Assembly (NCBI RefSeq): GCF_009914755.1
Contig: NC_060925.1
Source of the DNA: the human T2T-CHM13v2.0 reference genome, Homo sapiens
Length of the DNA: 64,000 nt
Direction: 5' to 3' (one strand)
The position numbers were made by a program, and so were the translations under genes. A model generated the notes under the pieces. The model searched no databases and was not told the origin of the DNA. It saw nothing but the letters and a program-made list of their open reading frames with translations. Shown here in pieces: positions 1 to 13,817 of the stretch (positions are counted from its first letter, which is position 1; each line of letters starts with the position of its first letter).

Positions 1-950
1 GACGCCGGCGCTGGGGACGTGGGCGCGGCACGGGGTGGCCGGGGGGCACCGCCGCGTCCGGAGCCCGTCCCCAGACTCGCCCCAGGGTTCCGTTTCTGGA
101 TCGGAGTTTCCGCGGCCGGGAGAGAGAGGGAGCGAGGGAGGGAGATGCGTGGCCGGGCGGGCCGGGCTCGCATGTCCCCCGGCCGTGCCCGGGCCTCGCC
201 GCGCCGCGCCTCTCGGCTCTGGACGTTTCCGCCTCCCGCGGCCCCCTCTGCTTCGGTCCCCACGTCCGTGTGTCTGTCTCTCCGTCGCTCCGTTTCCGCC
301 GCTCACTTTCCCCTGGTCTGCCCGTCTCTTTCCGTTCCCCGCCTGCCTCCGTGTTCGGCTGCCCGCGTTTGTGTCTCTGCCTCTGGCTTTTCTCTCCCTC
401 TCTCTGTCTCTGCGCTGCCCTCTGTGGGGGTCTCGCCCTGTGTCTGCGCCTCTCCCTGATCCCCCGCCCTCCGATCCAGACAATCCCCCAGTGTCGGAGG
501 CTCGCCTTCCCCCAGCGGGGTTCACGAATAGTTTCCTAGACCGGGTGCGGCAAACCCTCCCCCTGCCTCCCGCCGGCCCCGAGGCCTGGCCCGGGTCATC
601 TCCCTGGAATTGAGTCTGGGGCAGGGAGAGCCAGCCTTTCCGGGGGCTCAGTTTTCTTAAGAATTCCACCCCCGCGAGGCCGGCTGGACGACAGGCCCTG
701 CTGCGGGCCACCTGCCCGGCCCGCTCCCAGGGCGGGGCGATTCTGATCGTTTACAAGCGGCGGCAAAGGGGGCAGCCGCCTGCCTTGGCGTGGCCGGAGG
801 TTGGCGGGCATCAAGGGAGAAAGCCACACTTCCAGGCTTTCGGAGGCCCTCGCTCCCCAAGCTGGACGCCACCAGCCTGTAACTAGGGGCACCCCAGGAA
901 AACAGAGGTCAGGGCTGGAGGCCAAAGACCGGGCGCTGGCGGGGAAGCAA
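1..950. promoter_or_regulatory. NBL1: CpG island / GC-rich promoter-proximal region of NBL1 (main first exon probably just upstream of the window)
   Basis: Very high GC and CpG density (e.g. gcgccgcgcc, ggccgggcgggccgggc), GC boxes (GGGCGGGGCG near 730), no Alu; about 10 kb upstream of the NBL1 coding exons. Confidence 0.8.
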
Positions 951-1327
951 TTTGTCAACAAGGAGCCCCTCACCCTTTGTTACTGCGGAATGGGGCCTCC
1001 CTAGACTCCCCCAGATGCTGGGGCTGCTTGGGCGTGGTTTGCCTTGAGTTGGGGCCAAAGAAAAGGCGAGGCTGCAGCGTTTCCTCGGTGACCCCTACCC
1101 CTCTCCACCCACCCCTGCAAGCTGGACCTCTCTCCCGGGCCTGTGTTTTGGAGGGGTGGACAGGGGAGTAGGTGTTCTGCATCGGCCAGGGATATCGCCT
1201 CATTATTTTAAAGTGAAATTTCAGGCTGAGTTTAGCTGCTTCCCCCCACCCACAACCTCAAGGGTCGGAGGCTGCCGGAGCGGGCAGGGTTGTTGGTGAG
1301 GTCTGCAGTGGAACTTCTGCTGAGCAG

Positions 1328-1410
1328 ATGTGCAGCCTGGCCCTGCAGCAGCTCATTAGCATGGATTTGTTTTGGAGACTGTTTTTCGTTTGCGGGCAGG
1401 AGGGTCTGCG
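1328..1410 (+). CDS. NBL1: Alternative 5' coding exon of NBL1 (N-terminally extended, 215-aa isoform)
   Basis: ATG at 1328, open frame MCSLALQQLISMDLFWRLFFVCGQEGLR, donor GCG|GTAAGG at 1410/1411. 83 nt plus the 19-nt leader of the 10389 exon = 102 nt, in frame with ATG 10408 (34 + 181 = 215 aa). Confidence 0.65.
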
Positions 1411-2553
1411 GTAAGGAGGGCCGTGGCCTGGGTTTGGGGGCTGGCACAGAGGTGGTCAGGGCTGGAAGATGCAGGCAGGCCTGGGTGGCACGGGGTCGGC
1501 CCTGTGTGTCCGCCCTCTGGACAGTTGACTCATGCTCTCCCCAGTGCTGAAGGAAGGAAGGAAAAGCCACCCTGCCGTGAGACTGGGGTCGTGGAATCAC
1601 AGCGGCCTTAAGCAGTATGCTGGAGCCAGGCTCCTCCCTGGGGGATCTGCTGAAATGGACGTTCCCAGGCCAGGCTGCCCATTTTACAGATGCAAACGTG
1701 AAGCTGAGGGGGGAAGCAAATGGTCAGTGGCTCGAGCTATAACCATTAGACTCTCCTGACTCCAGGCACACAGAAAGCCAATGTATGAGCTTTGGCCAGA
1801 ACTCATCCTCAAACCCCAGAGTGAGCCCAGGAAACCCGGTTGGGCTGACCAGAGCCGGGGCCTGACCTGGGTGAGCAGGGAGCCCCAAGCCTGACACTGC
1901 CTTGCCCCTTCACAGAGCAACAATTTCAGTTGCACCATTCAAGGAAGTCCCTGTGCTCATTTCAAGACCTGGAGCGATCGCCCCGCCCTTGCCAAGCCCC
2001 AAGCCTAGGGCTGCAGCCCAGCCACCCTCCACACCCTCTGCACCCAGCAGCATGCTCAGCCTGGCAGTGGGGCACAGCCTGTTTTCTTGAAGTTGGATTC
2101 TGGAGGAGGCTGGTGTCTCCACGACCCTGTCTTAGAGTCTGAGTGGGATCTTCCTCTCAGTTCCCACCTTAGATAGGGAATCATGTTGGGTGGCCCTTGA
2201 CAATTTCTAAAATCCATTCCCAGCTGTCATCCCACTTGCTGGAGTTTCACCTCAAGGTTTTCCCTAAATCCAGTTTCACTGGGGCAGATGCAGCTCAGAC
2301 TGAAATAGCCTCAGGACCTGCCGAGGATCCTGTGGGAGCGAGGGGCAGAAGGGAGCAGGCAGAGGCCAGGGAGGATAAGAGGCCCAAGCTAGCACTTAAA
2401 GTGACATGGACTGAGGAATTAACTATGATGGGCGATCTCTCCAGAGATTTCCATGTATTCTTCAGTTTAATTGTCACAGCTGTCCTGTGAGCTGGATATT
2501 AGCACTGTCCCCACTTTGCAGATGAGGAAACTGAGGTACAGAAAGGTTAGAAT

Positions 2554-2847
<294 letters not shown>

Positions 2848-2929
2848 CTAAGATTTGAACCCCAGTCTGTCATAATTGTGGAGAATGGAGGAGGAGAGCC
2901 AGACCCTGCCCTTAGTGAGTGTGGGGGGA

Positions 2930-3047
2930 GAGGAAAGGTGGGAGAGGCAGGGGAGGGGGAGCATCTGGTTTGAAAGCCACCAGCCACAAACGCTGCGTGC
3001 TCGTTGTGCATGCGGACTGTGGTGTCACCTGAATGCTGAGCCCACAG
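2930..3047 (+). other. NBL1: Possible alternative non-coding 5' exon of NBL1
   Basis: Donor-like CAG|GTAGAA at 3047/3048 after non-repetitive purine-rich sequence. The 5' end cannot be defined from sequence. Confidence 0.3.
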
Positions 3048-3226
3048 GTAGAATCGTCCGTCTCCATCAGCTGGGGCCAAGTGTGGGGAGGTTCCCCGAG
3101 GAGGTTCTGGAAGCAGGAGGTGAAGATGGGGAGGGAGAGCCCTGCCCTTTCCACCGAGGATTTGTCAGCCCTGCCCTCCACGGCTCTGCACCGAGTGGTT
3201 GCTGGAACCGGTAACAGGAAAGGCCT

Positions 3227-3286
3227 GGTGTGTGTGTGTGTGCGTGTGTGTGTGTGTGTGCGTGTGCGCGCGTGTGTGTGCGTGCT
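3227..3286. repeat. (TG/CG)n alternating purine-pyrimidine microsatellite
   Basis: About 60 bp of gtgtgtgtgtgtgtgcgtgtg...gcgcgcgtgtgtgtgcgtgc. Confidence 0.9.
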
Positions 3287-4672
3287 TGTGCGGATGTACA
3301 TTTTCTTGTGCATATATAGGCATGCTTATATATGCGTCTGTGTGTTCTGCGTTCATAGGGGGCACAGGTGGTTTGGGGTATGCCTGCTTTTGTGTGTGTG
3401 TGGGTCTGGGGTGAGTGGATACACTCTACCTTGAAAATCCTGGTATATCTGGCCTTGAGTGACCTTGAATATTCAGACTTAACCCAGAAGAGGAATTGGG
3501 GAGGATGGTTCACTTGTTATACCAAAGCTAATCCACTCTACAAAGGGTTTCACGGTGGGCGGGAGTCAGGAAGAAGTAAGTGTTCCTTGAAATCTAGGCC
3601 ACTCCTGTGTATTTAGGGTGCATTTAGGATGCCTTTCCAGGTACCGGAATCCAGGCAGTGGGCTGGGGGGCCTCAGTGGCAGCGTTGTTAATCGAAGCCC
3701 CTTTCCTGGGGGCTGGGAGGCCGTTGCTCCTGGCCTGGCTGGGCCTCAGAGTCCCGTGGGGAGCACATTCAGGTGCCCAGGCCGTGCCTCATACCTGGCG
3801 GGGTCACACGAGGAGGGCCGGGCCCCGGCGTCTCAGTTTTGGCAGGCATCTCAGGAAAGAGGTGTCACAGGCCTGACCCCGGAGCTGGCCTTCCTGGGGG
3901 ACCCTCTGGACCAAGACTTTCAGGAAAGCAACCAGGGCAGGGCTGCTGTGTTTGTTCCCTGCCCTCTTCCCCGGAGTGGGAGCTACGGGTGGGTCACTTC
4001 CTTGACCTGTGCCTCAGTTTCCACGGTGCCAAAATGGGTCTGCTGTTGTCACCTCCTGGGGAATTTCCTTTCTGTGTGGGCGGCAGCTCAGAATGTACCA
4101 GGCATTGGCAGAGGGCCGCTGAGGAAGTGGAGGGCTTGGATTTGGGAGTGGCGGGTGGGTGGGGTTGGGAAGACACTCACCTGTGCCAAGGACACCTCCT
4201 TTAAAGCCTCACGGCGCCCCCATGAGGGAGGATCGTGTCACACATACCTTTACCAGGGCTCCAAGAGCCAGGGTCAGCCATGGCCACAAGACGGTTGGCT
4301 AGGGAGTCAGGAATGGGATTTGAACTCTGGTCTGTGGAGCCCCCAAGCTTCCAGTCCAGGCAGTGGCTGAACGCTAGGGTGTTAACAGGAATGAGAGGCG
4401 CAGTCGGCTGGGGCAGTGGTGGGAGCTCCAGGCCTCATCCTGACTCCAGATTCCATCGTTTCTTGCTTCTTTCTCTTCGGTGAACCTTTTGACCTGCAAG
4501 GGTAGCTGGGGGTTAACCTGCTACCCTCCAGGTTCAAATCCCGGTTCTCCTGTTTACTAACAGTGTAAGCCCAAGCAGATTTCTTGGCCTCTCTGTGCCT
4601 CAGTTTCTTCATCTAAAAATGGGGGAAAGAATAGGATCAGGCAGTTATCATAGGACAGAATAAATTAATATC

Positions 4673-5665
<993 letters not shown>

Positions 5666-7089
5666 GTTGCGCTCTTATATTTAGTTCAGAATTCAGAACC
5701 TCTGCTTCCCTCCTGAGAGCCATCTCTGACTGTGCCAACTCAAAACAACTGCCCCCTATTTACCCACATCCCTGGACCTCCCCTCAGGGGAGTGTCTGAG
5801 TGGGCATAGGGTCTGTGCCCCCAGCTCCCTGCCCTCACCCTTGCCTTTCTCCCCACCCTCCTAGAAGTGAGTGAGTGTGGAACTGCAGGGCCCTGAACGG
5901 CCCAGGGCAGGGCATTGCTTTGCCTGACTTGCTGGGGGCCTTGGGACAGCCCCTTGCAGAGCAGGGAGACTTGGCTGGGAGATCTCCAACTTTCCTTCCC
6001 GCCCTCGCTTTTGGGGAGTCCCATGACTTGCTGTGTGACCTTCAGGGCGGGAGGAAGGGTTGAGAATCTGGGTGAGGCTCTCAAGGCTCAGGAAGGAAAG
6101 TACGATCGCTGCTTAAAAAAAAAAAATAGATTAGTTGCTGCTTGAAAAAACAAAAAAGCGTAAACCAACAAAAAAGCATAAACCAACAAAAAAAGAAAAC
6201 CTGCTAGCCAAGAGCCCACCCCACCGGTGGGGGCAGCCTGGGCTCTTCGGGGCTGGGCAGGAGGGTGGGCGGAGGCAGGTGTGTCTGGATGACAGCCGTG
6301 TGTGGGAGAGACTTCATCTGGCATCCTCGCTGCCTCCTGTTCCAGCCCAGCCTTGGCTCTGATGCTGGCCCAGCCTTTCCCATGATCCCCTGGGGGGAAG
6401 AGAGCTGACCTTAGTGGGTGCCTCCTAGGTGCTGAGTACCTTCATTTACTCCTCCCAATTCTTCTCCAGGGAAGGTGCAATGCTTCCCATGTTAGGGTTG
6501 AGAAAGGCAGTTTCTGAGGAGTGAACTTATTTCTGGAGTCACACAGCTCCTAAGGGGAGGGGCTGCAGTTCAAACACTGGGGACTCCAGGGTCCACGCTT
6601 CCAGGGGGAGCCCGGGGAAAATGCTGGAGCTCCACGCTGCTGGCCCGGGGAGGCCGAGGCCCCAGCGCCCTGCGGAGAGCCTGCTAGGGCCTGGTGGGTT
6701 GGGTTATAGCACCCCTCTGTGGACACAGCTGGCCCTGTGATAACCTCAGCTGTGCACTGGAAAGGGTGGAAGGTAAGGAGGGGGCCTTCTGCCTCAGTTC
6801 GTCTCATTTCTCCTAACCTCTGTCCCAGCCTGACGCTGATAACCAGTTCCTGATCTCTGGGCCTGCAACCTCTTCCAAAAAGTCACCATTACCCCATTTC
6901 CCAGTAAGCCTCCATTAGCCTCAACCCCAGTCTCAACACTCGGCTTCAGCCTAGTTGTGACCCACAGCCTCGGTTGTGACCTCTCCTAATTCCAACTCCA
7001 AGTGCTCACCCCAGCCTCCCTCCCTCCCTCTGTCCCTCCCTCCCTGCCTCCCTCCCTCTTTTCTTTCCTGTCCTTTTTTTCCCTTTCCT

Positions 7090-7420
7090 TTTTGACAGGT
7101 TCTTGCTCTGTCACCCAGTCTGGAGTGCAGGGACGCAATCATGGCTCACTGCAGCCCCAAGCCTGGTCTCAAGCCATCCTCCCGCCTCAGCTTCCCACAT
7201 AGCTGGACTACAGGTGCACATCACAATGCATAATGTGATAATAAAAAATGTGTTATCACAGTGTGATAATAAAAAAATATTTTATTTTATTTTATTTTAT
7301 TTTGAGACCAAGTCTCACTTTGCTTCCCAGGCTAGTCTTGGACTCCTGAGCTCAAGTGGTCCTCCCGCTTTGGCCTCCCAAAGTGCTAGAATTACAGGTG
7401 TGAGCCACCATGCCTGGCCC
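7090..7420 (-). mobile_element. AluJ-like element
   Basis: Diverged antisense Alu arms with an expanded A/T-rich linker. Confidence 0.8.
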
Positions 7421-8003
7421 AGGCTACTTGCATTACAACCCCAGTCTCAATTCCAAATCCACATCACTTTCTGCCCCAGTCACCTCCCTGGCCCCCTGTG
7501 ACCTGTTGTTCCTGAGGAAGCAAGATGGGGTCAGATATAGGAGGACAAGAGTCCCTGGACCTCTCCTAAGGGTCTAGGGGGCCAGTCCAGCCCAGGGAGC
7601 CCTGGCCTTAAATGGACCTCCAGGACCCTTCAGGTGTGCTGTGGGCAGACCTGACTCAGGAGTGAGGAAGCCGCCTGCATGCCAGGCTTGTTGAAAAATT
7701 CACTGGGTTGCCAGTTAGGGAGGAATCCATTCTATTTTGTTAGGATGTGGTTGTACTGGAAACATGGGCTTTGTCAGCAAGACCGGAAATGCGTGGGTGA
7801 GGGCCTGGATCGTGACAGGAACTCATTTGGGAGGCGGCGGGGGGGCAGCCTGTCCGACCTCACTTCCAGCTGCCCTTCCTCCCCAGTGGGCTGGGAGTGG
7901 GGCTTATCCCGGCATTGGGGTCCCCTGAGATGGAGACCTGCAGGAGAGGGGCAGGAGCTGGGGGAACTTGCTGGATGGGGAGCGGAGTGCTTGGAGGGGT
8001 TCA

Positions 8004-8683
<680 letters not shown>

Positions 8684-9238
8684 GTACCTGGCTTTGCCAT
8701 CTCCATGGCCCATGGTAGGATTGTCCTAAATGGGATGCCCAGTCCCAAGCCACCTGACTCCTGGTGCTGGGCTTCTGTGGGGCCACTGGGACCAGGACTT
8801 GTCCCCTCTTCCTCCTGATTTAGCCTCATCCAGGCCCCTCTAGGGACTGTCCCAAGGTAAAGAATCCCTGACTGAGCGCATAGCTGCCTAGGAAGCCTGA
8901 TCAAAACGCAGACTCCTACCCACCCTAGAACTTTTACTCCACAAGTTCCTAGGGAATTCTGATCAAATTTCAGGTTTGGGAACCACTGGCCTGGCTCACT
9001 GCACTCATTTTACAGGTGGTGGGGAAACAGGTCTGAGTGTCCCGGTCACCCAGCACACGTGGACCCATGCCCTTTCTCGGCTGTGCCGTCCTCCGAGGGT
9101 TTGGGGGCCTCCTTGAAGAAGGCACTGCCCTCATCTCTGAAGCCTCCCTCTCCCGTGCTTTTTGCACTGGGGGGCATGGGTGAAACTTACCTGGGGCGAG
9201 TCTCCTGAAAGCGGAATCCTTTGACACAGACTGCCCTG

Positions 9239-9257
9239 CAGCGCCACCTTTTGGCAG
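9239..9257 (-). promoter_or_regulatory. Candidate CTCF motif
   Basis: Reverse strand reads CTGCCAAAAGGTGGCGCTG, close to the CCASYAGRKGGCRS core (two mismatches). Confidence 0.5.
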
Positions 9258-9504
9258 ATCCTGGTATTGTTTTAGTATCTCACTCCATCCTATAGCAGGG
9301 GAATTTGCAAATGGCCAAGTGCTTAGCTTTGATTGGCTCCCGCTTGACTCACGTGTTAGAATGGGGCTGGGGACAGTGATCTGTGTAGAGCCCTTGTGGA
9401 TTCGAGTTTCTGGTGAGGCATCTTAGAGAACAATACTGTCTGGTTCAGGGTCAGTTTTTTTGCCTGAGGTCTGGCCAGCCAAGGTGGCCCAGGAATTCAC
9501 TGCA

Positions 9505-9800
9505 GGCCAGGTGCGGTGGCTCACGCCTGTAATCCCAGCACTTTGGAATGCTGAAGCAGGAAGATCGCTTGAGCCCCAGGAGTTTGAGACCAGCCTGGGC
9601 AACACGGCGAAACCTGGTCTTTACAGAAATTAGCCAGGTGTGGTGGCGGACGCCTGTAGTCCCAGCAACTCGGGAGGCTGAGGTGGGAGGATCACCTGAG
9701 CCCAGGGAAGTCGAGGCTTCAGTGAGCCGTGATCATGCCACTGCACTCCAGCGTGGGTGACCGAGTGAGATCTTTTCTCAAAAAACAAAACCAAAAAGAA
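9505..9800 (+). mobile_element. AluJ-like element
   Basis: Full Alu dimer with A-rich tail. Confidence 0.88.
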
Positions 9801-10407
9801 ATCACAGCAACGTGAAGGTTAAGGCTAACTTTTCAAACATCAGAATCCTGACAATGGTTGCAGTAGCTTTCAAGGAGACATGGTGTGTGGCCAGCCCCTC
9901 CAGGGCTGTGTGGACAGCTTTTTGTGTATTTTCCTGGGTGACTCACAGCATCAAAGGGAGAAAGGAGGTAGTAATTGTTCAGCACTTGACATGTGCTTGA
10001 ACACTTCGTAATCGCAATCCTGTGCCAGGCAGTGGCACCATCTCCCCTTTTTAGATGAAGAAACCGAGGCACCGAGATAAAAAGTAACTTGCTCAAGGCA
10101 ATTTAGGAAGTTGTAAAACCAACCAACACATATGGAATGTGTATTATCTGCTAGGCTCATTTAATATCTCATCTGACCTTCCAGATACCCATCTGATGTA
10201 GGTACCACTCCCAGCTCCAATTGTGAGATTCAGAGGGGAGAAATAACTTGTCCAAAGTTGCACTTGGTTAGTAAGTGGGAGAGCTGGGGTTGCGCCAAGG
10301 AGTCGGATGCCAGAGTCCATGCTGTAACACCACTACCCGGCCCCCTGCACCTTGCTGTGCCTCACCTGGCACCTGTGCTCCGTTCTAGGGCTCTGGAGGC
10401 CACGGGC

Positions 10408-10577
10408 ATGATGCTTCGGGTCCTGGTGGGGGCTGTCCTCCCTGCCATGCTACTGGCTGCCCCACCACCCATCAACAAGCTGGCACTGTTCCCAGATAAG
10501 AGTGCCTGGTGCGAAGCCAAGAACATCACCCAGATCGTGGGCCACAGCGGCTGTGAGGCCAAGTCCATCCAGAACAG
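10408..10577 (+). CDS. NBL1: NBL1 (DAN) first coding exon: signal peptide and start of DAN domain
   Basis: Acceptor ttctag|GG at 10388/10389; ATG 10408; [57 protein letters not shown]; donor CAG|GTGGGA at 10577. N-glycosylation sequon NIT. Confidence 0.97.
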
Positions 10578-10700
10578 GTGGGACCCAAGGGGTGGGTGGG
10601 GGGATGCGGACAGGGGTCCAAGGAGGGAGGAAGAGGACCAGGGCTGCCCATCCCTGCCTCCCCAACAGTGACACAGGCATGGTGACCTCTCCTCCCACAG

Positions 10701-10812
10701 GGCGTGCCTAGGACAGTGCTTCAGCTACAGCGTCCCCAACACCTTCCCACAGTCCACAGAGTCCCTGGTTCACTGTGACTCCTGCATGCCAGCCCAGTCC
10801 ATGTGGGAGATT
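10701..10812 (+). CDS. NBL1: NBL1 second coding exon (cystine-knot CxGxC segment)
   Basis: Acceptor cctcccacag|G at 10700; encodes [37 protein letters not shown]; donor ATT|GTGAGT at 10812; phase consistent with neighbouring exons. Confidence 0.97.
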
Positions 10813-12242
10813 GTGAGTACTGCCTGCCTGCCCCACCCAGTCTCGGCCCGGAGCCTGCCCCAGCCTTGGCCTTTCTCCCCAGGCTCCTGTATTCCAGCAG
10901 ATGGCCACAGGGCCTTAGAAAGGCCCCACTGTGTGCAGGGTGAAGGGCTTGTGCTGGGGATACAAATGTGGGCCTCCCCACAGGATGGCTCAGAAGTCTG
11001 ACACCAACTTGTACAGGACAGGGATGTTCCCGAAGTTCCATTCTGATGTCTCTCATGGGCTGAAGTCCTTTCAGGGGCTTCCTGTTGTTATAGGATGAGA
11101 CCAAAATCTTTGCCCTGTCCCGAGAACCTGGCATGGCCTGGCTCAGTGGCCTTTCCAGCCTCCTCCTGCTTCCTGCCTTCCTTAGTAGCTTGACGCTTAA
11201 CACAGCCACCTTCTTTCAGTGCCTCGCACCTGCTCCGTTCGCTTCTACCCCAGGGCCCTTGCACCTGTTCTTTTCCCTGCTTGGAACACCACCTCTGTCC
11301 CCTTTCTCTAGTTCACTTCTATTCATTCTTCTGCCCTTGGCCCAAGCAGCGTTTCCTCAGGGCCCCTTTCCAGGCCCCCTGACTGGGGCACACCCTGGTA
11401 CCGTTGGCTCTCAGAGCACAGTATGCCTCCGCTTCAAGCACCTTTCACACCTGCAGTCTTCCACCTGCATCCGGGTGATTTTGACAGATCTGTTTCCCCC
11501 ACTAGACTCTGATTTCCTTGAAGGAAATGTGTCTTTGTGTCCCCAGAGCTGGCACAGGGTAGGCGCTCTGTGGAAGGGAGGAAGGAAGAGAGGAAGGGAG
11601 GGAGAAGGAAAAAAGGTACTTAGATGGGTGATGATAGGGGCAGAGTAGGAGGTAGATGGGGTTCCTGCAGGGTGAGCCTCAGCTGGGCTGGGCTTTGGGG
11701 TGGGGCTCTTTTGAGGAAGTGAAGTCTGAGCTCAGACCCAAAGGCGCAGTTTAGGGCATGTGGTAGTCGGCGGGGATAGGGGGGTGGGTGGGGGGAACCT
11801 TCCAGGCAAAGGGAACAGCATGTGCGGAGTCCCTGAGGCAGAGCCCAAGCACAGGATTGGTAAGAGTGGTGCAGGGTCAGGGGTAGGGGGGCCAGCCAGC
11901 TGGTGGCACCTGAAGGTCCTGGGTGGCCTTAGTGAGGGGTCAGGGTTTGTCTCCAAGTGCAGGGGGATCGCGGCGGTGGGGGCGATTTTAGCAGGGGCAG
12001 GCCACACTGGTGGCTGCTGGTGGGGAATGGGTGGGAAGGTGGCAGGACTGGATGTGAGGAGACAGCTCTGGTGGCTTGTGCAGGGGTTCAATTTCCCCCT
12101 CCCCATGGGACCCCAGAGCTAACTGGGCATCACAGGTGGGCTCTGGGATTCTTGATCCCATGAGGAAGTATTACCCTAGGGGCTGCCTTGCCTGCCCCAG
12201 ACCTTTGGGAACATGCCTCTGCTTCTCTCTTGCCCTCTGCAG

Positions 12243-12506
12243 GTGACGCTGGAGTGCCCGGGCCACGAGGAGGTGCCCAGGGTGGACAAGCTGGTGGAGA
12301 AGATCCTGCACTGTAGCTGCCAGGCCTGCGGCAAGGAGCCTAGTCACGAGGGGCTGAGCGTCTATGTGCAGGGCGAGGACGGGCCGGGATCCCAGCCCGG
12401 CACCCACCCTCACCCCCATCCCCACCCCCATCCTGGCGGGCAGACCCCTGAGCCCGAGGACCCCCCTGGGGCCCCCCACACAGAGGAAGAGGGGGCTGAG
12501 GACTGA
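12243..12506 (+). CDS. NBL1: NBL1 last coding exon (CxC end of knot, His-Pro repeat, acidic tail)
   Basis: Acceptor ccctctgcag|GTG at 12242; [33 protein letters not shown]...[12 protein letters not shown]...EEEGAED*. Total CDS 546 nt = 181 aa. Confidence 0.97.
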   Translation: MTLECPGHEEVPRVDKLVEKILHCSCQACGKEPSHEGLSVYVQGEDGPGSQPGTHPHPHPHPHPGGQTPEPEDPPGAPHTEEEGAED

Positions 12507-13811
12507 GGCCCCCCCAACTCTTCCTCCCCTCTCATCCCCCTGTGGAATGTTGGGTCTCACTCTCTGGGGAAGTCAGGGGAGAAGCTGAAGCCCCCCTTTG
12601 GCACTGGATGGACTTGGCTTCAGACTCGGACTTGAATGCTGCCCGGTTGCCATGGAGATCTGAAGGGGCGGGGTTAGAGCCAAGCTGCACAATTTAATAT
12701 ATTCAAGAGTGGGGGGAGGAAGCAGAGGTCTTCAGGGCTCTTTTTTTGGGGGGGGTGGTCTCTTCCTGTCTGGCTTCTAGAGATGTGCCTGTGGGAGGGG
12801 GAGGAAGTTGGCTGAGCCATTGAGTGCTGGGGGAGGCCATCCAAGATGGCATGAATCGGGCTAAGGTCCCTGGGGGTGCAGATGGTACTGCTGAGGTCCC
12901 GGGCTTAGTGTGAGCATCTTGCCAGCCTCAGGCTTGAGGGAGGGCTGGGCTAGAAAGACCACTGGCAGAAACAGGAGGCTCCGGCCCCACAGGTTTCCCC
13001 AAGGCCTCTCACCCCACTTCCCATCTCCAGGGAAGCGTCGCCCCAGTGGCACTGAAGTGGCCCTCCCTCAGCGGAGGGGTTTGGGAGTCAGGCCTGGGCA
13101 GGACCCTGCTGACTCGTGGCGCGGGAGCTGGGAGCCAGGCTCTCCGGGCCTTTCTCTGGCTTCCTTGGCTTGCCTGGTGGGGGAAGGGGAGGAGGGGAAG
13201 AAGGAAAGGGAAGAGTCTTCCAAGGCCAGAAGGAGGGGGACAACCCCCCAAGACCATCCCTGAAGACGAGCATCCCCCTCCTCTCCCTGTTAGAAATGTT
13301 AGTGCCCCGCACTGTGCCCCAAGTTCTAGGCCCCCCAGAAAGCTGCCAGAGCCGGCCGCCTTCTCCCCTCTCCCAGGGATGCTCTTTGTAAATATCGGAT
13401 GGGTGTGGGAGTGAGGGGTTACCTCCCTCGCCCCAAGGTTCCAGAGGCCCTAGGCGGGATGGGCTCGCTGAACCTCGAGGAACTCCAGGACGAGGAGGAC
13501 ATGGGACTTGCGTGGACAGTCAGGGTTCACTTGGGCTCTCTCTAGCTCCCCAATTCTGCCTGCCTCCTCCCTCCCAGCTGCACTTTAACCCTAGAAGGTG
13601 GGGACCTGGGGGGAGGGACAGGGCAGGCGGGCCCATGAAGAAAGCCCCTCGTTGCCCAGCACTGTCTGCGTCTGCTCTTCTGTGCCCAGGGTGGCTGCCA
13701 GCCCACTGCCTCCTGCCTGGGGTGGCCTGGCCCTCCTGGCTGTTGCGACGCGGGCTTCTGGAGCTTGTCACCATTGGACAGTCTCCCTGATGGACCCTCA
13801 GTCTTCTCATG

Positions 13812-13817
13812 AATAAA
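13812..13817 (+). terminator. NBL1: NBL1 polyadenylation signal AATAAA
   Basis: AATAAA 1.3 kb after the stop codon, followed by GT/pyrimidine-rich tgtgttctcc. Confidence 0.85.

Noticed and set aside
19-1004. Several 60-190 aa ORFs in the NBL1 CpG island
   Set aside because: Low-complexity Pro/Arg/Ala/Ser translations expected from stop-poor GC-rich DNA; no recognisable domain.
3618-4370. 250-aa ORF in the NBL1 intron
   Set aside because: Starts at GTG, no recognisable motif, runs through MIR-like fragments; probably chance.
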